Assembly: GCF_036365525.1 (NCBI RefSeq)
Contig: NC_090375.1
Location: 101,688,922 to 101,752,921, forward strand
DNA from: Heterodontus francisci
Lineage: Eukaryota
Direction of reading: 5' to 3'
DNA length: 64,000 bases
Shown: in pieces, positions 59,648-64,000 of the stretch
How positions within the stretch are numbered: the stretch's first letter is position 1
How the letters are laid out: each line of letters begins with the position of its first letter
Position numbers and translations under genes: made by a program
Notes under the pieces: generated by a model
The model's database searches: none
Seen by the model: the letters and a program-made list of their open reading frames with translations, nothing else
What the model was told of the DNA's origin: nothing

Positions 59648-62559
59648 ACTGATGTTTACAAAATAAAAAATAAATACACTCATTATACAAGCCTATCCTG
59701 TCCAATCCTTCCTCATAATACAGCCTGCCCATTCTAGGTATTCGTCTGGTCAACCACCTCTGTACTGCCTCCAACGCATTTACATCCTTCCTTTAATAAG
59801 GAGACCAGTACTGTACACAGTACTCCAAATGTAGTCTCACCAATGCCTGGTATAGCTGAAGCATAACCTTCCTACTTTTGTATTCAATTCCCCTCGCAAT
59901 AAATGATAACATTCCATTAGCTTTCCTAATTACGTGCTGAACCTGCATACTAACCTTTTGCAATTCATGCATTAGGACACCCAGATCCCTTTGCATCGCA
60001 GAGCTCTGCAATCTCTCACTATTTAGATAATATGCTTTTTTATTCTTCCTGCCAAAGTGGACAATTTCCCACTTTCCCACATTATATTCCATTTGCCAGG
60101 TCTTTGCCCACTCACTTAACCTATCTATATCCCTTTGTCGCCCCCTTATGTTCTCTTCACAAGTTACTTTCCTACCTATCTTTGTGTCATCAGCAAATTT
60201 ACCAACCATACCTTCAGTCCCTTCATCTAAGTCACTTATATAAATTGTAAAAAGTTGAGGCCCCAGCACAGATCCCTGTGGCACACCACTCGTTACATCT
60301 TGCCAACCAGAAAATGATTCATTTATGCCTACTCTCTGTTTCCTGTTAGCTAACCAATCTTCTTTCCATGCCAATATGTTACCCCCTACACCATAAGCTT
60401 TTATTTTCTGCAATAACCTTTGATGTGGCACCTTATCAAATGCCTTCTGTAAATCTCAGTACAATACATCCACCAGTTCCCCTTTATCCACAGCACATGT
60501 AACTCCCTCAAAGAACTCCAATAAATTGGTTAAAATGATTTCCCTTTCACAAAACCATGTTGACTCTGCCTGATTACCTTGAATTTTTCTAAGTGCCCTG
60601 CTATAATGTCTTTAATAGCTTTTAACATTTTCCCTATGTCGGATGTTAAGCTAACTGGCCTGTAGTATCCTGCTTTCTGTCTCCCTCCCTTTTTGAATAA
60701 AATAAGTTGCATTCACTATTTTCCAATCTAATGGAACCTTGCCCGAATCTAGGGAATTTTTGAAAATTAAAACTAACGCCTAAACTATTTTACTAACCAC
60801 TTCTTTTAACACCCTAGGATGAAGTCCATCAGGACCCGGGGACTTGTCAGCTTGCAGCTCCAACAATTTTTTCAGTACCACTTCCCTGGTGATTGTAATT
60901 TTCTTGAGTTCCTCCCTCCCTTGCATTTCCTGACTTACAGGACCAAACACCCTTAAACAACTCCCCATTGGTCTTCATCAATTCGTGTCTTCCCATTCAT
61001 CGTGAAACAAGTTAAAAGGCGATTTGCCACCTGAGACACAAGAATGGACAAGACGGGAAAGTAGTGAAAAACAATTGTTACCTAACTAAGGAACAGAAAC
61101 TTAACAACATCACACTTCTTCATTCACCTATGTGCATACCCTTGTGCAACTACAATCTTTAATCTTCCTTTTCCTATTGCTCCTATGTGGTGCAACTCCT
61201 GTAGAGACAGGCTACTCAGATCCCTGCTCTGTCTGCTAAGTTGCTCTTGGCCAATATTCTCTGAGCTTTGGAGCTTGCGATGGCCCTGTCAAAGACTGCT
61301 CCACCTGCACTTGTGCTGGGCAGACTCAGCCATTGGCAGAGGCAGCATGTGGGGTGGTGGGGGATGGGGGCAACAGGTGAGAAATGGAAGAGATTTTGAG
61401 TGGAGTCCACACTTCCACGTCCCCTATCACCATCATCTTTCTCAATGTTGGCCAATTACATTTCACTGCTACCATGGTGCTGAAGAACACTTTGGTGCTG
61501 ATCAGTGAGGCTCTGTAAGGCCAAGGCTAAAGCATCTGCCATCCTATTGTCTCTTTCTCTTTCTTACAGCTGATTTAGAACTATAATTTAGCCAGATAAT
61601 TGTGTCAAGAGTAGCAGTGTATATTGCTGTGATGCCTCCTTCATATTTTGGAAATGGGCATTGAGTAGTTCGACGTTCTTGTATGTTCTGGGTGACCACA
61701 GTTGATACTGAAGAGTATCTGTATCTAAAATAAAAGCAAAATACTGCAGATGCTTATAATATATATATTATAGAAGTATCTGTATCTGCCTTGGTATTTG
61801 CAAATGTCGTTTAGCATTGCCCACAAGCTTCATCATAATGTGGCAGACATTTTGGCATCCAGAATCTGCAGGACAGTGGCAAAGGCATACATGGACTCAT
61901 TTTATTGGAACATTTGATGTTCCACGGCTCTGGTCACTCTTCCCATGGAAAAACACATCATCTCAATGGCCTACGATATCAACTCACATATGCTTGAGGT
62001 GGACTCCTCCATTCTCTATGCAGTTGTAGTGAGTGTGCTTGGAATTTCTGTCAGTGCATCACAAATTATTTGCTGATTCTCCTATTTATCAATGGTCCCT
62101 GTGGTCAAGCATCGGTGTACAGCCAAGCAAAGTTTGGAGAGGGCTGCGGACACTCCACAACTGTCCCTGTCTGCACCATCTGCACTTGCTCACTTGTGTG
62201 GTGTAAGTCACCAGGTGAAAACCCAACCACCTGTGAATGAGGTCCCACTGAAATGTGAGTTTCTTAACTGGTGCATGGTCTGCGTGTATGCATCCTCAGA
62301 AGAATTCAGCTGCTCTGAGAAATTGTCATCCGCGACTTCCATCAACTTCTACTGTATGCATGAAACCCTTATCAATGATACAAGACATGAATTAGTGCTG
62401 TCAAAATAAGAATGTTGCAACTTACCATTAATCATTATCACTAATATTTCACTCGGTGTTTAAATAAAGTCAACATGACTGAGTAACATCTAACATGTGG
62501 GTGGCTGATGGTTTCAGTAGGCAGCTGATAGCACCCCCCACTGCCTCACACACACATCC

Positions 62560-63240
62560 CACCACCCATTTCTGACAACCAGAAACTCTACTGATCCCTT
62601 GGGTCCCCTCCTCTGCACTAGTGAGTTGTGAGATGATTGGGGGGGCCACCTCCAGCTCTGCCCTTCTCCCTGGTGTTTTGTACTCTCTTCTCCTGCGATG
62701 AGGGAAAGAACAGACCTATGAGTGAGTGTAATGCGATGTGTTAACCCAATGAATGCAGTGCATTTGGTGAGGGTGACTTTCAGGGAGAGGCATGAAACTG
62801 CATAACAATGAGGGTGAACGGGAGTGGTTGATGGACAGATGAGGATGTGAGGAAGTGCACAGGCAGAGAAGGATGGGGGTATGTGGGTGTGAGGAGTGAT
62901 GTGATGGAGTAGGCTTGAGAAGACAGAGTGAAAGGGTTGGGGTGGGGTGATGTGCATGGCAGAATGTGGTTGAATGTGCAGCTGTAGTCACCTTTCGTGG
63001 TCTGGTTAGGTCATTAAAGTCCATCCTGCTTGCATCCAGGAATATGTCTCTATCCTCCAACTGCTGGGCAACCTCCAACCTCCAACCACATATTCTTTGT
63101 TTCTGCTACAGGTTTCACCTCTCATTGCTGGAGAATGATATGTTCCCTTCGACTCCTCACAGCCAACCCCCCAGCAGCACATCAAAGGAGGCATCAATGA
63201 GCCGAGGCTCAGACTTGGAACATCTCGGCTCCACTCTTTA
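62560..63240 (-). pseudogene. Harbinger Myb/SANT-like DNA-binding gene remnant with a GT-AG intron (62693-62991)
   Basis: WLEVAQQL...DFNDLTRPRK splices in frame to EKRVQNTREKGRAGGGP through AAG|GTGACT...CTCATCGCAG|GAG. Confidence 0.7.
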
Positions 63241-64000
63241 ACCTTCCCTTCTGTTCTTCCCAACTCCAACGCCTTCAAATTGTATCTCTGGATTGTACCT
63301 TGAAATACTGAAGTTGAGATCGTGTCATGCAGGTCCTCATCATGTCTGCTGCTGCGGATTGGATAGAAAACCGGTAATTAAAATGTTAATGAGGTGGCTT
63401 TGTTATGAAGATACTGACCGACGTGCTGAAGGTACTTTTATGTTTCCCACGGGATATCAAACCTGGCCACCACACCCCACCCCCCTCCACCCCAGCTCCC
63501 AGTGCATCTCCCAGCTAGTATTGGCACCATTTATGCCATAATCCCATCCTACTAAGTTTGCATGACCTATTCCAATCCCAATGGAACTGATGCACATGAC
63601 AACATCAGAAGGCATAAGGTTCAGTATATTCGGTTGAAGCTTTGATCTATGAATATATTTTTGAAATGTGTACCTTTCTAAAATGAAGAGAAATACAGTT
63701 CTTCTTTATCTGTCTTCATGAGATTACTGTCTCATCTTTATAGCAAGCTGATATTAATAGAAGGTAATTTTAGTTTGCATGTTAAATTTAGAACATGTCA
63801 CGTGCAGACACATCTCACACTAATTTAAGTTAAGCTGAATACCTTCAATACTACTCAAAGGATTATCACTTAGACAAGGCCATCTGTTCTTTGGAATAAG
63901 TCCTAATACTAAAGCAAGCATTACAGATTCGAGTGTAGAAATGGAATACAGCTATTGATAAGGAGATTAAACCTTCATTGTTTTACTGTTTAAACAGTGT

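Larger units (their letters stand above)
55384..60940 (-). mobile_element. 5'-truncated CR1 in two pieces (55384-55798 and 59685-60940)
   Basis: ORFs 60530..60712, 59793..60431 (FADD) and 55487..55804 are colinear; (TGCGTATG/TTCGTATG) tail at 55384-55395. Confidence 0.9.
53736..63550 (+). mobile_element. Decayed two-gene PIF/Harbinger transposon expanded by nested retroelements
   Basis: Transposase on + (about 54177-55010) and Myb/SANT gene on - (about 61200-63240); sequence is colinear with 29270-30930 across the 55384/60942 break. Outer ends are approximate. Confidence 0.7.

Noticed and set aside
1-64000. Prokaryotic systems (CRISPR arrays, retrons, defence operons) suggested by the many RT ORFs
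   Set aside because: All RTs are eukaryotic CR1/L2/RTE/Penelope types in a vertebrate repeat landscape; no repeat-spacer array or operon structure is present.

Overview
This is eukaryotic DNA made up almost entirely of repeats, most likely from a cartilaginous fish (shark or ray): it carries HE1-type V-SINEs whose 3' tails match the local CR1 LINEs, plus a Deu-domain SINE. I could not support any host protein-coding exon, so the window looks intronic or intergenic. It is a stack of nested transposable elements. These include many CR1 LINEs (one near-intact full-length copy at 21.8-26.1 kb), RTE and L2 LINEs, Penelope-like elements with a GIY-YIG domain and minimal hammerhead ribozyme motifs, decayed two-gene PIF/Harbinger transposons with their MITEs, a hAT MITE and solo LTRs. 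The most unusual signals are: (i) two independent local inverted duplications with nearly the same geometry (arms 224 and 246 bp, spacers about 500 bp, about 96-97% identity); (ii) two composite insertions that look like 5' and 3' transductions; (iii) fold-back, hammerhead-bearing Penelope terminal repeats; and (iv) an RFX/NF-Y motif cluster in the one long repeat-free island. All alignments and counts were done by eye; boundaries without a TSD or tail are approximate.
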